Source: a virus (Duplodnaviria; Caudoviricetes). From it: a DNA stretch of 64,000 bases. The stretch lies in IMG/VR virus record IMGVR_UViG_3300042691_031247; one strand, given 5' to 3'. Positions 37,175 through 46,883 of this stretch are shown here, piece after piece. Below the pieces are notes generated by a model. The model saw only the letters and a list, made by a program, of their open reading frames with translations. It was not told the origin of the DNA and ran no database searches. Position numbers and translations under genes: made by a program. Position 1 is the stretch's first letter. Each line of letters starts with the position of its first letter.

Positions 37175-39055
37175 TCACGGCTTCCACCCGCTTGTTGTGC
37201 CTGTTACGCCGAACTGCTCGCCTTGGGCTAGAGCGGGCACATAACTGCTGCCCGCGGTATCGCTACTTAGGCCGCGTTGCACGCTATTCATAAGCCCTTT
37301 TTCTTGATACGAGCCCAGCATGCGGGTCATCCAGTCGGGGTCATTTGAGATATTCGCCATACCTCGCACCATTTCGGGCTGGAACGGCGGTGGTTCTTTG
37401 TGGGCTTGAATTGTCTTCACGCCGTATTTATTCAAATTGGTCAGCACGTTTTTACCGATCTTTGTGCCAATTGAATAGTGCAATACCGGTTTTTCAAGGT
37501 AATGCCCGGTTAATGTGTTAGGCGCGGCTGATACGCTACCTTCACGCGGCGTCCAATTACGTTCAATTGCTGAGTAGGGCACTACATCGTCTGGCGCATA
37601 ATCGCCGTACTCGTCATTCAAACGCACGTGATTAACAAGACCGCGCGCAAGTAGCTCGATGTTCCGTCGGTGGGCTGTAATGCCGCTATTGCCCATGACC
37701 TGCCGCATCGCCTGCACAAAGTAACGGCGGCCTTCTCCTACCCCTTTGTGCCGGACAATTTCAGCTGGATTTGGCATACCGTCGGATATGACGTCGCCGG
37801 CTTCAAGCTCGTCGCCTTTTTTAACAGCAAGCTTTCGCTCGGTCGGAACGTAGTGATCCTGCCCGTTAATCTGCACGTAATAACCGCCCTGCGGCGCTGG
37901 CCGAACTTCTTGTACTCGCCCGTCAAGCTGCGAATGCGCTGCGCCGTCTGGATATTTTTTCGGGACCTGTACCAGCGCGTTAAGCGCTTTAAAGCCAGAA
38001 ATCGCGCCCGCGCCACCAACGCCGCCCGAGTGCTTCGAGCTGATCTGGCTTTGCGTAACCGGCTCGGACAGCGCCTGTGCGGCGGTAATGCCTACGTAAT
38101 CGCCGATGGGCGGTAGGCGCCCCTTCTCCCGGTAACCAACGTCTTTGGCGTAAACGCCGCCATCGCCCGGGCCGCCGACAATCGGACTGCGGACTAAGAT
38201 ATCTTTAGCGCCGCTTTCTTTCAGGTCTCGCAAGATCTTGGGCGTCAGAATTGTATTGCGTTTATACGGCCCGACAGCGCGAGCGAGTAACGCACCTTCG
38301 TTGTCTGGATCGTCTACGTCGGTGGGGTAGCCGCGCTCTTCCGCGGTCATGCGCCGCTCTTCATCGTCGTTATCATCGTCATCTGCCGTAACGAGCAGTC
38401 GGTGCGTCATCTGCGCAAGCTGTTTACCGTAGAACCCCGCGTCGGCGGTGGCCGTCTTCAGATCGATAACGCCCTTGCGGGTACCGAACGCGCCGGCAAA
38501 GTATTCAACCGGGCGCAAACCTTGGCTGTAGCCGCGCAACACCGGAATTGGAATCGGGTCGCCGCGGTGGTCGAGATACTGCATGTCAGCGCCAAGAATC
38601 GAGTTTAACTGAAACTTGTTACCGACGCCGGCGCCAGCAATTTGATGCACCAGCGGATTATCTTGACCTTCCGCTTCTTTGTACACTTTTTCGAGAAGTT
38701 CTTGCTGCGCTGCTTGCGCAAGTTCGAGGAGCTTGATGTTGCGCTGTTTTTCGTCAAGCCGGCGATCGGCAAAGATGTCGCGCATCTGATTTTGCACACG
38801 CAGTTGCACGTGACGTGCCGCAAGCGTCGGGCGAATGTCTTTAAGCCCGAACGATAAGCCGTTTGTCGTATACCCGGCGTCGCGGCCGATGTCGTGAAGC
38901 CGCTTCATGACTTCGCGGTATTTTTCTGGATGCGTTTTGGCTAGCTCAGTCGCGACACCGGACATTGTCTTTTTCGTCAACACACGATCGTAGTCGCGCA
39001 TCTCGGGCGGCAACGCTTCGTTAATCAGGAGTTGGCCGAGCGTTGTCTTCAGCAT
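37175..39055 (-). CDS. rpoC: RNA polymerase beta' subunit, C-terminal half (bridge helix, trigger loop)
   Basis: KTTLGQLLINEALP; GYSQGLRPVEYFAGAFGTRKGVIDLKTATADAGFYGKQL (bridge helix); GITAAQALSEPVTQSQISSKHSGGV (trigger loop); these align by eye with bacterial RpoC. Confidence 0.9.
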   Translation of the reverse strand: MLKTTLGQLLINEALPPEMRDYDRVLTKKTMSGVATELAKTHPEKYREVMKRLHDIGRDAGYTTNGLSFGLKDIRPTLAARHVQLRVQNQMRDIFADRRLDEKQRNIKLLELAQAAQQELLEKVYKEAEGQDNPLVHQIAGAGVGNKFQLNSILGADMQYLDHRGDPIPIPVLRGYSQGLRPVEYFAGAFGTRKGVIDLKTATADAGFYGKQLAQMTHRLLVTADDDDNDDEERRMTAEERGYPTDVDDPDNEGALLARAVGPYKRNTILTPKILRDLKESGAKDILVRSPIVGGPGDGGVYAKDVGYREKGRLPPIGDYVGITAAQALSEPVTQSQISSKHSGGVGGAGAISGFKALNALVQVPKKYPDGAAHSQLDGRVQEVRPAPQGGYYVQINGQDHYVPTERKLAVKKGDELEAGDVISDGMPNPAEIVRHKGVGEGRRYFVQAMRQVMGNSGITAHRRNIELLARGLVNHVRLNDEYGDYAPDDVVPYSAIERNWTPREGSVSAAPNTLTGHYLEKPVLHYSIGTKIGKNVLTNLNKYGVKTIQAHKEPPPFQPEMVRGMANISNDPDWMTRMLGSYQEKGLMNSVQRGLSSDTAGSSYVPALAQGEQFGVTGTTSGWKP

Positions 39056-39056
39056 G

Positions 39057-39305
39057 TCACGGCGTCCAGACGATGTTTTGCAACGATTTCGGCTTGAAGT
39101 CGGTTACAACAACTGTTTTATTGATACCCAGCGCGCGTAACATTGGATGAAAATCTTTTTCACCCACGGTTGAATAAACAACCGCCTCGTCGACTTGAAT
39201 GGCGACGAATAGCGGGTTACCTAGATCGTCCTCGACAACGACGCTGTGCGATTTCTGCTCAGCGGGTTGAAGATTGTGCTGCGTTTTAACCAGCATTGTC
39301 CGCAA
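39057..39305 (-). CDS. hypothetical protein between the RNAP genes
   Basis: 82-aa ORF coupled to both neighbours. Confidence 0.6.
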   Translation of the reverse strand: MRTMLVKTQHNLQPAEQKSHSVVVEDDLGNPLFVAIQVDEAVVYSTVGEKDFHPMLRALGINKTVVVTDFKPKSLQNIVWTP

Positions 39306-40014
39306 TACTCCGAATCATGGCGGCGATAGCATTTGCTTTGATCTGCATTGCCGTGGGCGCATTCGGATTCGAGTAGCTGGGGCCGAACGGCCGGCCGATT
39401 GACGACGCAGACTTTTCAGCGCGGTCCCACCACGCCGCCTTAGACGGATCACCCTCTGGCGGTGCGGCGTTCGGCGGCATCGGGCCGCCCGGGGGCATCG
39501 GACCACCCGGCGGTTGCATACCGGCCTGCGCGTTGGGATCTTGCGCGGGAGGCGCCATCGGGCCGCCGGGCAGCGCGGTTTCAGCCGGCGGGGCGCCGGT
39601 TGTTCCGGGCGGGAGCACAAGTGACTCTGGCGGAACTTGCACACCCATCGCGTTCATAATGGCCGTGAGCTGCTGCTGCATGTTGTACAAGCGATAGTCG
39701 AGCATCTGCATCATCTGCTCGGGCTTTAGTTTTTGCTGCGTGCCTGCAGGGGCTGCGCCCGGAGCGGCGGGTGCGGCGGGCGCTGCGGGAGGAGCAGCGG
39801 GCGGCGCCATACCCATAGCCGCAGGATCCACTGGCGGTGCAGCTGCTGCAGCAACAGCAGACGGATCGGCCGGCGGTACAGCCCCCATGGCGGCTGGGTC
39901 AACCGGCGGAGCACCACCAGCAGCAGCGGGATCCACCGCCGCTCCGGGCACTAATGCGGATTTTTCAAAGCGCGCCTTCGCCAGCGCAATGAGTTCGGGG
40001 TTTACCGTGAACAT
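39286..40014 (-). CDS. Pro/Ala-rich low-complexity protein between the RNAP genes
   Basis: 242 aa; CATGGAGG SD; PPVDPAA repeats around a short helical core (QMMQMLDYRLYNMQQQLTAIM). Confidence 0.7.
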   Translation of the reverse strand: MFTVNPELIALAKARFEKSALVPGAAVDPAAAGGAPPVDPAAMGAVPPADPSAVAAAAAPPVDPAAMGMAPPAAPPAAPAAPAAPGAAPAGTQQKLKPEQMMQMLDYRLYNMQQQLTAIMNAMGVQVPPESLVLPPGTTGAPPAETALPGGPMAPPAQDPNAQAGMQPPGGPMPPGGPMPPNAAPPEGDPSKAAWWDRAEKSASSIGRPFGPSYSNPNAPTAMQIKANAIAAMIRSIADNAG

Positions 40015-40034
40015 ACAGCCTCCATGTTTAACGA

Positions 40035-43000
40035 TTACGTATTATCTTCCACAATATGAACCGGGGTGTCCACCTCTATTTCGCCGCGCCGGTACGCCTG
40101 CATGGCATCCTGCTTGCTGCGAAACACGCGTGGTTTAGCTTTTTTACTGATTCGACTGGACGCTAAGTATAACCCAGTCTGGTAGTCTTTGTTTGGGACG
40201 TAGTGCGCCTTGAACGTCGAAGCTGCAAACAGGTTCTTACTCGGCAGCATCTTTTCCACGGCTTCTTTAGCGGCGTCTTCGGTACTTGGGACGTGATACT
40301 GCATCGCGTCGCCGTCGAAGTCAGCGCCGAACCCCTTCGTGATTACGGGGTTTACTTCCATGACTTTGTTCTTAGTTAACTTGGGGTAAAACGCCATCAT
40401 GCCGTAACGGTGAAGCACGGGCGCGCGGTTAATAACAATAGGCCGCGACGACATCTGCCGATCTAGCTCGGCGCCAGCTTCTTTCGTCTTGTCTTCCACG
40501 GCCTGCATCGCCTGCATGCGCGGAAGACCCCTGCGAACAAGACCGCGCACAACGAACGGCTTGTAAATATCCCACGCTTTCTCTTCCGGCAACGCAACCT
40601 CGTCCATGTCGAGATCGGGATTCGGTGTAATGACCGCGCGCCCCACGAGGTCGACCGTGGAGCTAAGAAGCTTACGCTGCACGGTGCCGTACTTTGGCGA
40701 GTTACCGAACACGTGCCGCAGAAAACCTTTCACATTGCGCTCAACGTTTTTCGGCTGCTGCGGCTCACCCAGTCCAGTGACAGCCTTCATCGAGTCATAC
40801 ACGCTCAGGCGTTCGTCGCCGTAATCGGCCAGCGCGCCAGACGCCTCTTTCAGTGTGTCGTTCGCATCAAGCAGTTCTTTGTACAGATAGTTTGCGTCAG
40901 CGACGAGCGGCAGCTTCTTACTGCCCATCGTGCTCACGGGGCGGAAGAGTGGCGGCAAGACGGGGACTTTACTAATCATCCAGTCTTTGGGGTGCACGCC
41001 GGTTGTTTCCGCGCTCTTTAAGAACCCCAACCGGCGCACGGCAGCGTCGCGAAGCGTCTTGCGCCCGGATTTAATATCTAAACGCGCCTGCTCGATAGCC
41101 TTTGGTAGGTTAATTCGTTCAAGCGCGGCCTTGATCGCCGTGGGCCCTGTTTTGTCGCCCAGCTGTTCGCGACCAGCCAGCACGCCGCGGAACTGCTTTT
41201 CCGTCATCCCCAGTACGCGTCGAATCGGGTCTTCCATGACCGGATTCGGCAGCGGCTCGTGCAGCGTGATCTTGCTCCACCTGTTACCGCCGTGGCCGCC
41301 CGTCAAAGCCTCATCAAATAAACCGCCGGCAATAGGCTTGAGGCGCCCCTTCCAGTCAACGGTCTCAGAGCTTTTCAATTCACGCGGACCGGCCAGCTCG
41401 TCGATGTCTTTGTCGGTCATGGCCATGAGGTTCGACCGCGTGCCTTTGCGCACAACGTTAATACCAGACGCCCTAAGCTGCCCGACGAACTTCTCGTATA
41501 CGTGTGGCACCTTGGGTAGCGGCGGAGTGTAGCCGGCCATGAACTGCGACCAGTATTCGGGATTTGCTTGGCCGCGCACCATCTTGGCGTCGCGAATAAC
41601 CTTACCGGCGCCGTGCGAAAGCAGCGCGCCAAGATCCAGCATGCCGACGCGCTTGGCGCCTTCGCTGCCGCCCTTCGCCGGAGTGCCTTCGGCTGTATAT
41701 GCACCCATCGACCGGCCCTGCGCTTTTGATTCGCTGGTATGGTGCAGCTTCATGAAAAACCGGCTGCCGGTCAGCACACCGCCGATTTTCCGCCCGGTTT
41801 CTGCGTCGATGACGTCTTCGGTATCGGACAGCCCGTGCTTTGCCAGTTCTTTCTGCGCAAACTCAATGAGGTCGTTTTTGTTATCAAAGTCCTTGAGCTT
41901 GTACGGCGAGCCGGTCTTTGCTGCGACCTTGCCTAGTGCGGCTTCAATCACCTGCGCCGGGTTAATACGGCTGATCAGACCCAGCGGCGAGACGAGCACT
42001 TCAAAAGGATTGCCGTCGCGGTCTTTGGGCATCTGGTCGTCAGGTACGATCTCTGCGACGACGCCCTTGTCGCCAAAGCGCCCGGTGAGCTTGTCGCCAA
42101 CGTCCATGGGCGCTTGGTTTTTAACGACAACGCTCACACCCTTCTTGGTGTGCATAACGTCGGTCACGATACCCGGCGCATGATGCTCCCACGTGATTGT
42201 GTCGTTTGTAAAGTTACCAGCACGCCCACGATGCACTTTGCCGTACACCGTGTCTTTCTTTTTGGCCACGAGCACGAGCGGGTCACCAAACTTGACCTCA
42301 GTACCTTTTTTAATCGCGCCGTCGTCGTCAAAGTTGTCAAGATACTTTTTGTCGTACTCAGTCGGGAACAAACTCACGAACGCCTTCTTGCCAACGTGAG
42401 TGTTGTCGTCCCACTCGGCTTCGTGCTGATACATGTGCTCAGACGTTAGCCGCTTGGATGCGGATTCAGAGATAACTACCGCATCTTCGTAGTTCTTGCC
42501 GCGGAACGGCAGATAGGCTGTACGCAGATTCAAGCCGAGCGCTGCGCTGCCGTTTTGATCTGTAAAGTTCGACCGGGCGAGCAGTTGTCCGGGCTCTACC
42601 GTGTCGCCGGGCTTCACAATCGGCGTCTGGTGTAAGAACGTCTTACGGTTGTACGGCATTTCGTTATACAAATCGATCGTCTTCTTATTACCATCTTTGT
42701 CGCGCAGTACGATGCCGTCAGGTGTGACATCGACGACTTGCGCGCGTTCGGTAGCCCGGGTGGCGCCAAGCTTTTCGCCCATCTCGTCTTCGTGCGACAT
42801 GCTCTCGTCATCGGCCTTGGCGGATTGCAGCAACGGCGCCTCGGCGTTTACTAGCGGGAGCGCTTGCGTAAACATACGGCTACCCATGATCACGCGGTGG
42901 CCTTTGATCATGGACTTAATCGGCACCATGTTGGATAACGTCGAAAACGTTGAATCCATGTTCGGCAGGCTGAACTGCGCCTCTTTACGCGGAACATACT

Positions 43001-44438
43001 TGAGCTTGCCGTTGACGAGCGCTGCCACCACGGGAAGTCCGTTATCTTCTTCGCCGGGAAACACGAGCGGCGTATCGGCCAGCTCTTGCGGCGTCTTGTA
43101 CACCTTATCGCCGGTTTTCATATCAACAACCGGCGTATACACCTTGCCGTCGGAGCCCTTCATAGCGCCGCGGGCAAAGCGCATGTCAACACCCACCTTG
43201 CCGGATTCTGGCGTGCGAAGATAGTCGATAAACCCAAGGTGGCTGGGCTGCACAGAACGTGACTCGGCAGGCACGGCGTCCAGCGAGCCAATGCCGCCTT
43301 CGCCCATACGGGTCACACGCGTCTGGTGGTCAAAGATCTCCGCAGGATTAATTTCTTCTAAACTCGACCCCAGACCGCTGCCAATAAGCGCAGCTGAGAT
43401 TGCCTTGTCGAATACGCCCGACGGAATGTGATCAATTGACTTCTTCGCCGTAGCTTTCCAGAGCAGCTTGTTAAGCGATTGGCGGTCTTTGGTAAAACGC
43501 TCGGCAATGAGGTCCTCCGGGCCGACGACGGACTGATACACCATGTTGTCTCGGTCGTCGCTCTCGGCCTCGCGGCGATTCACTGCGATTAATTTCTTAG
43601 TGATCGCCAGAATCGTCTCCGGCGTCATGTTCTTGTATTCAGAACCCAGTGTGCGCCGGGTGACTTCCGGGTCGAGTTCGGTCTTGGCAAACTCGGCCGC
43701 GATCGCCTGCGCTTTGGCAATAGCGTCTGCGCCGGCAACTGGTTTGTTTACAAGGCGGGCGTAGATCTTGTCCATCGTGCCAGCATCGCCCTTCTCCATG
43801 TTGACGGCGGTGATCTCATTGCCCCACGCTTTGCGGATGTCCTGATCTGACACGCCCATGGACTTGAGCAGCGGCATGAGCGGGATCTGCGCCTGACCAA
43901 TGCTGATTTTGAACACGCCGGTTTTGGGGTCGAGGAAGTACCGGTGCGAACGGCCCTTACCCGGTAGCGTGTTTACGTGCGCCTCAATCTCGCCGTTGTC
44001 TTTCTCGCGGGTAAACACGCCGGGGCGCAACCGCATCTGGTGCGCAAGGGTGTACTCGACGCCGCCGTTAACGAACGTGCCCGAGTCGGTGAGATACGGC
44101 ACGTGGGCGATCGTGGCGCGGCGCTGGCCGACAGGCTGCCCGGTTTTGTTATCTGTAAGCGTCCACGTACCTTGCAGCCGGCGGGCAAGTGTCCCTCTGG
44201 AAAGGACAGCTTTCTTCTGATCTGACCTTGTGAAGCGCTCAGGTCCCGAATACCCGACGTCTTGCAGCTGCAACGTATACAGGTCATTCTGCAGCGGCTT
44301 GAGCCCCTGCGCGCTCGTAAGCGCCTGATTAAAAATGTTATCCCGCATCACGCCAACGTCGCCGAACGTGCGCATCGTGGGCGCGACCGGCGCGGGTGTC
44401 ATCGGCGATTTTAAGTCGGGCAGTTCAGGGGTCGGCAT
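40035..44438 (-). CDS. rpoBC: RNA polymerase beta subunit fused to the N-terminal (catalytic) half of beta'
   Basis: Beta motifs VPYLTDSGTFV, TPESGKVG, GKNYEDAVVIS, GDKLTGRFGDKGVV, FMKLHH; then beta' motifs DWMISKVPVLPPLFRP, VDLVGRAVI, NRAPVLHR and catalytic GADFDGDAM. Confidence 0.93.
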   Translation of the reverse strand: MPTPELPDLKSPMTPAPVAPTMRTFGDVGVMRDNIFNQALTSAQGLKPLQNDLYTLQLQDVGYSGPERFTRSDQKKAVLSRGTLARRLQGTWTLTDNKTGQPVGQRRATIAHVPYLTDSGTFVNGGVEYTLAHQMRLRPGVFTREKDNGEIEAHVNTLPGKGRSHRYFLDPKTGVFKISIGQAQIPLMPLLKSMGVSDQDIRKAWGNEITAVNMEKGDAGTMDKIYARLVNKPVAGADAIAKAQAIAAEFAKTELDPEVTRRTLGSEYKNMTPETILAITKKLIAVNRREAESDDRDNMVYQSVVGPEDLIAERFTKDRQSLNKLLWKATAKKSIDHIPSGVFDKAISAALIGSGLGSSLEEINPAEIFDHQTRVTRMGEGGIGSLDAVPAESRSVQPSHLGFIDYLRTPESGKVGVDMRFARGAMKGSDGKVYTPVVDMKTGDKVYKTPQELADTPLVFPGEEDNGLPVVAALVNGKLKYVPRKEAQFSLPNMDSTFSTLSNMVPIKSMIKGHRVIMGSRMFTQALPLVNAEAPLLQSAKADDESMSHEDEMGEKLGATRATERAQVVDVTPDGIVLRDKDGNKKTIDLYNEMPYNRKTFLHQTPIVKPGDTVEPGQLLARSNFTDQNGSAALGLNLRTAYLPFRGKNYEDAVVISESASKRLTSEHMYQHEAEWDDNTHVGKKAFVSLFPTEYDKKYLDNFDDDGAIKKGTEVKFGDPLVLVAKKKDTVYGKVHRGRAGNFTNDTITWEHHAPGIVTDVMHTKKGVSVVVKNQAPMDVGDKLTGRFGDKGVVAEIVPDDQMPKDRDGNPFEVLVSPLGLISRINPAQVIEAALGKVAAKTGSPYKLKDFDNKNDLIEFAQKELAKHGLSDTEDVIDAETGRKIGGVLTGSRFFMKLHHTSESKAQGRSMGAYTAEGTPAKGGSEGAKRVGMLDLGALLSHGAGKVIRDAKMVRGQANPEYWSQFMAGYTPPLPKVPHVYEKFVGQLRASGINVVRKGTRSNLMAMTDKDIDELAGPRELKSSETVDWKGRLKPIAGGLFDEALTGGHGGNRWSKITLHEPLPNPVMEDPIRRVLGMTEKQFRGVLAGREQLGDKTGPTAIKAALERINLPKAIEQARLDIKSGRKTLRDAAVRRLGFLKSAETTGVHPKDWMISKVPVLPPLFRPVSTMGSKKLPLVADANYLYKELLDANDTLKEASGALADYGDERLSVYDSMKAVTGLGEPQQPKNVERNVKGFLRHVFGNSPKYGTVQRKLLSSTVDLVGRAVITPNPDLDMDEVALPEEKAWDIYKPFVVRGLVRRGLPRMQAMQAVEDKTKEAGAELDRQMSSRPIVINRAPVLHRYGMMAFYPKLTKNKVMEVNPVITKGFGADFDGDAMQYHVPSTEDAAKEAVEKMLPSKNLFAASTFKAHYVPNKDYQTGLYLASSRISKKAKPRVFRSKQDAMQAYRRGEIEVDTPVHIVEDNT

Positions 44439-44441
44439 GAA

Positions 44442-45296
44442 TCACCCCGCCTGCGATTGCTCAACTTGCTGCTTCAGCGCGATGATCTCGTCGGGATCGA
44501 CGTACGTCGGCAAAATGCCGGAGATGCGCGCTTTCGACTTCGCGGCTTCTTCAACCGCTTTGGCGCGGGAACGCTCGCGCGCACGATCGTACATTAACTT
44601 GGCAGCCAGACCGCCGAGTCCCAAACCACCAGCAACGTATGTGCCGCCGAGCGCCGCCGGCACCCGTTTCGCTGTGTCGTACGCGCTGGTGAGCCAGTCG
44701 AGCAGCGCCTTCTTCTCCGCAGCTGCTTTTTCGCTCGCGGTGTCGTATGCGCTGTCGAGCGCTTTGGCCGGGCCGCCGGTCAGCGCGTCGTAGTACTCTT
44801 TTTCAGCAGCCGCGATTTGCTCCTGCTGATCGCGCTTCTTTTTGCGCTTGTGCAGCGTCTCGATCAGTTTGTAACCGCCGAGTCCGCCCAAAGCCGCGGC
44901 GCCAAACGTCGCGCCCGTACCAAATGACGAACGAATCACGTTCGGGTCGTACGAGTTCTGGCTTTTGCTTGTGGCGGGCGTGAACGGCCGTAAAAAACTG
45001 AGCACTGAATCTGGCAGCATTTTGCCAACGCCTTCAGTGACGTTGTCGTATATGCCAGCGGCTTTTGTCTCGGTAATCTTGGGCGTTTCTTCTTCGTCTT
45101 CTTCGTACTTCGGCTTGTTTAGCGCCTGAGAAAGCCCGCGGGCCAGATAATACAAACTAGCAGCAGTAGCACCAGCGCCAAGCCCGCCAACACCAGTACG
45201 GATAATACGATTGCCCCAGAAACGCTGGTAATCTTGGGCGGTAGGTTGGCCAACAGGGGCTGCGGGTGGGATGGCATTGTTTGCTAGTTTTTCCAT
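44442..45296 (-). CDS. glycine-zipper protein, putative internal virion protein
   Basis: 284 aa; three Gly-rich hydrophobic helices, each followed by a charged helix. Confidence 0.6.
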   Translation of the reverse strand: MEKLANNAIPPAAPVGQPTAQDYQRFWGNRIIRTGVGGLGAGATAASLYYLARGLSQALNKPKYEEDEEETPKITETKAAGIYDNVTEGVGKMLPDSVLSFLRPFTPATSKSQNSYDPNVIRSSFGTGATFGAAALGGLGGYKLIETLHKRKKKRDQQEQIAAAEKEYYDALTGGPAKALDSAYDTASEKAAAEKKALLDWLTSAYDTAKRVPAALGGTYVAGGLGLGGLAAKLMYDRARERSRAKAVEEAAKSKARISGILPTYVDPDEIIALKQQVEQSQAG

Positions 45297-45308
45297 TGGT
45301 CGCGCTCA

Positions 45309-45656
45309 CTAGTGTTTGGGCGGAATCATGCCATAAACCTGTGCCCATTCAAGCCAGACACGAAAATGTTTATGTTCATCGTCCCAGTTGTCGGTTCGTT
45401 TTAATAGCCGATACCAGCCGTTGACTATCTTATCATTTATATCGTCAAATTCTGATTTTTGCGCCGTATCCCACAGCTCAAACATATGCGATTTAAAGTC
45501 GTACTGGATATCAATGTTTTCCAGTTCGTCTTGCTTTAAATCTGCCCGCTGCCCGCCATTCAGCACAGGAAACCCGTCGAGAGTTCCCGGCCAATTTAGC
45601 TGAGCGTTGTTGTGCTGCGGACCGCCGATTTCGCCGTGATATTTGCGCAGGCTCAC
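45309..45656 (-). CDS. hypothetical protein
   Basis: 115-aa ORF in the operon. Confidence 0.65.
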   Translation of the reverse strand: MSLRKYHGEIGGPQHNNAQLNWPGTLDGFPVLNGGQRADLKQDELENIDIQYDFKSHMFELWDTAQKSEFDDINDKIVNGWYRLLKRTDNWDDEHKHFRVWLEWAQVYGMIPPKH

Positions 45657-45659
45657 AAA

Positions 45660-46019
45660 TTACCTTTCTGGCCGGTAGAGGCGTAACTTCCTGTTTGTCT
45701 TGGCCCGTGCCGCATATGCCTTGTAGGCCGCGGCGAGTTCGCGCGCTTTCAGGTCTTCTTCGTCAACATCGGGCTCCGTCATCTTGCCCGCGACGTGCCC
45801 GGCTAGTCCGCCACCAACTGTGGCCAACATGAGCGGCGTATACGCAATGTTTCCAAGCGCCTGAAACGAGTCAGACATTGTCGGCAGCTGAATAGCCGCA
45901 CTTTTTACAAACGCCTCGGCGGCTTTGATGCGCGTCTCAAGCGCGGCGCCTGTTAACTGCTCTTCTGCGCAGCGGCGAAGAAACCCGAGTTTAAAAGCTT
46001 CTTTTTCGTTGACATCCAT
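45660..46019 (-). CDS. small glycine-zipper protein
   Basis: Start reassigned to MDVNEKEAFKLGF (GGAG SD); VKSAA motif; one hydrophobic Gly-rich segment. Confidence 0.65.
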   Translation of the reverse strand: MDVNEKEAFKLGFLRRCAEEQLTGAALETRIKAAEAFVKSAAIQLPTMSDSFQALGNIAYTPLMLATVGGGLAGHVAGKMTEPDVDEEDLKARELAAAYKAYAARAKTNRKLRLYRPER

Positions 46020-46020
46020 G

Positions 46021-46515
46021 TCAAAACTCTCCGGGCAAAATAAGTTTTTTGGTTGGCGCCCCGACGGCAAAGTCGGGTGTTACGTGCTTGCCGGTATCCT
46101 TACCAAGCGGTAACGCGCCCGGCAGCGCTGATGTAAAATTAGCGCCGCTGGCCAAAGATATCTTACTCTTTCTGCCCGGTCGGTGTCGCATAAACCACGC
46201 ATCAACGGCCGGGTCGTTCCGGTCGCCCTGTTCTTTTGCTTCGTGCGCGACAGCCACCATATTCTCGATTGCCTGCTGCAGTTCGGCGCGGTCGGCGGAT
46301 AACCACGCGGCTTTTCCGGGGTTTTCGGCCGCCATGTGCCGCAGCCGCTTCGCTTCGTCGCTGATCGCCTGCGCCCGCTGTAAAAACTCTTTACGGGTCA
46401 GTACAAAAAACTCGCCGGTCTGTTCGTCGTGAAGGCAGACGAAGCCATTTTTGGCGTAAAACTTTAACCCGCGATATGAATAGCATTTACCTGTTGAACC
46501 AGCAGCAGCAGACAT
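46021..46515 (-). CDS. hypothetical protein
   Basis: 164-aa ORF in the operon. Confidence 0.65.
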   Translation of the reverse strand: MSAAAGSTGKCYSYRGLKFYAKNGFVCLHDEQTGEFFVLTRKEFLQRAQAISDEAKRLRHMAAENPGKAAWLSADRAELQQAIENMVAVAHEAKEQGDRNDPAVDAWFMRHRPGRKSKISLASGANFTSALPGALPLGKDTGKHVTPDFAVGAPTKKLILPGEF

Positions 46516-46523
46516 TCAACACC

Positions 46524-46883
46524 TTACTTACGGGGGAGCGGGCAACCGTTTTCGTCGCAGTCGTTGGGCTTTACGGGCGGCAGCGGATTGGCCTGTAAAC
46601 GCATCGACGGCTTGGGGCCGGTATTTTTCATTTCGCCAGCCGGGGCGCCGGTTTTAGGTTCGCAGTCCGGGCAGTCAGTCCATGGGTGATTACTGTCGCC
46701 CGTGGGGATCTTGCCGGTACGATTACACCGCGCGCAATCTTTGGTGTCAATAAGAGGTTTTACTACCGGCGTATCAGGAAGCAGAGCAGCGTAAGCAACC
46801 TCTGCAGCGACCACCCCGACAAAGTCTTTTTTGGGCGGTTCGACATGGGTCACCGGGGCTAGTGCTAAAAGCCATTCGAACAT
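46524..46883 (-). CDS. small zinc-finger protein with hydrophobic N-terminus
   Basis: DCARCNRTG...DCPDC (DnaJ-type zinc repeat-like). Confidence 0.6.
   Translation of the reverse strand: MFEWLLALAPVTHVEPPKKDFVGVVAAEVAYAALLPDTPVVKPLIDTKDCARCNRTGKIPTGDSNHPWTDCPDCEPKTGAPAGEMKNTGPKPSMRLQANPLPPVKPNDCDENGCPLPRK

Noticed and set aside
37175-44438. Cellular rpoB/rpoC locus (host chromosome or contamination)
   Set aside because: There are no flanking ribosomal protein, nusG or secE genes. The ORFs are coupled to phage head-region genes and have a non-cellular fusion/split and lost zinc sites.
40035-44438. Inteins in the RNAP or other large ORFs
   Set aside because: No C/S...HN-[C/S/T] splice junctions or LAGLIDADG blocks were seen, and the RNAP motifs are collinear without large inserts.
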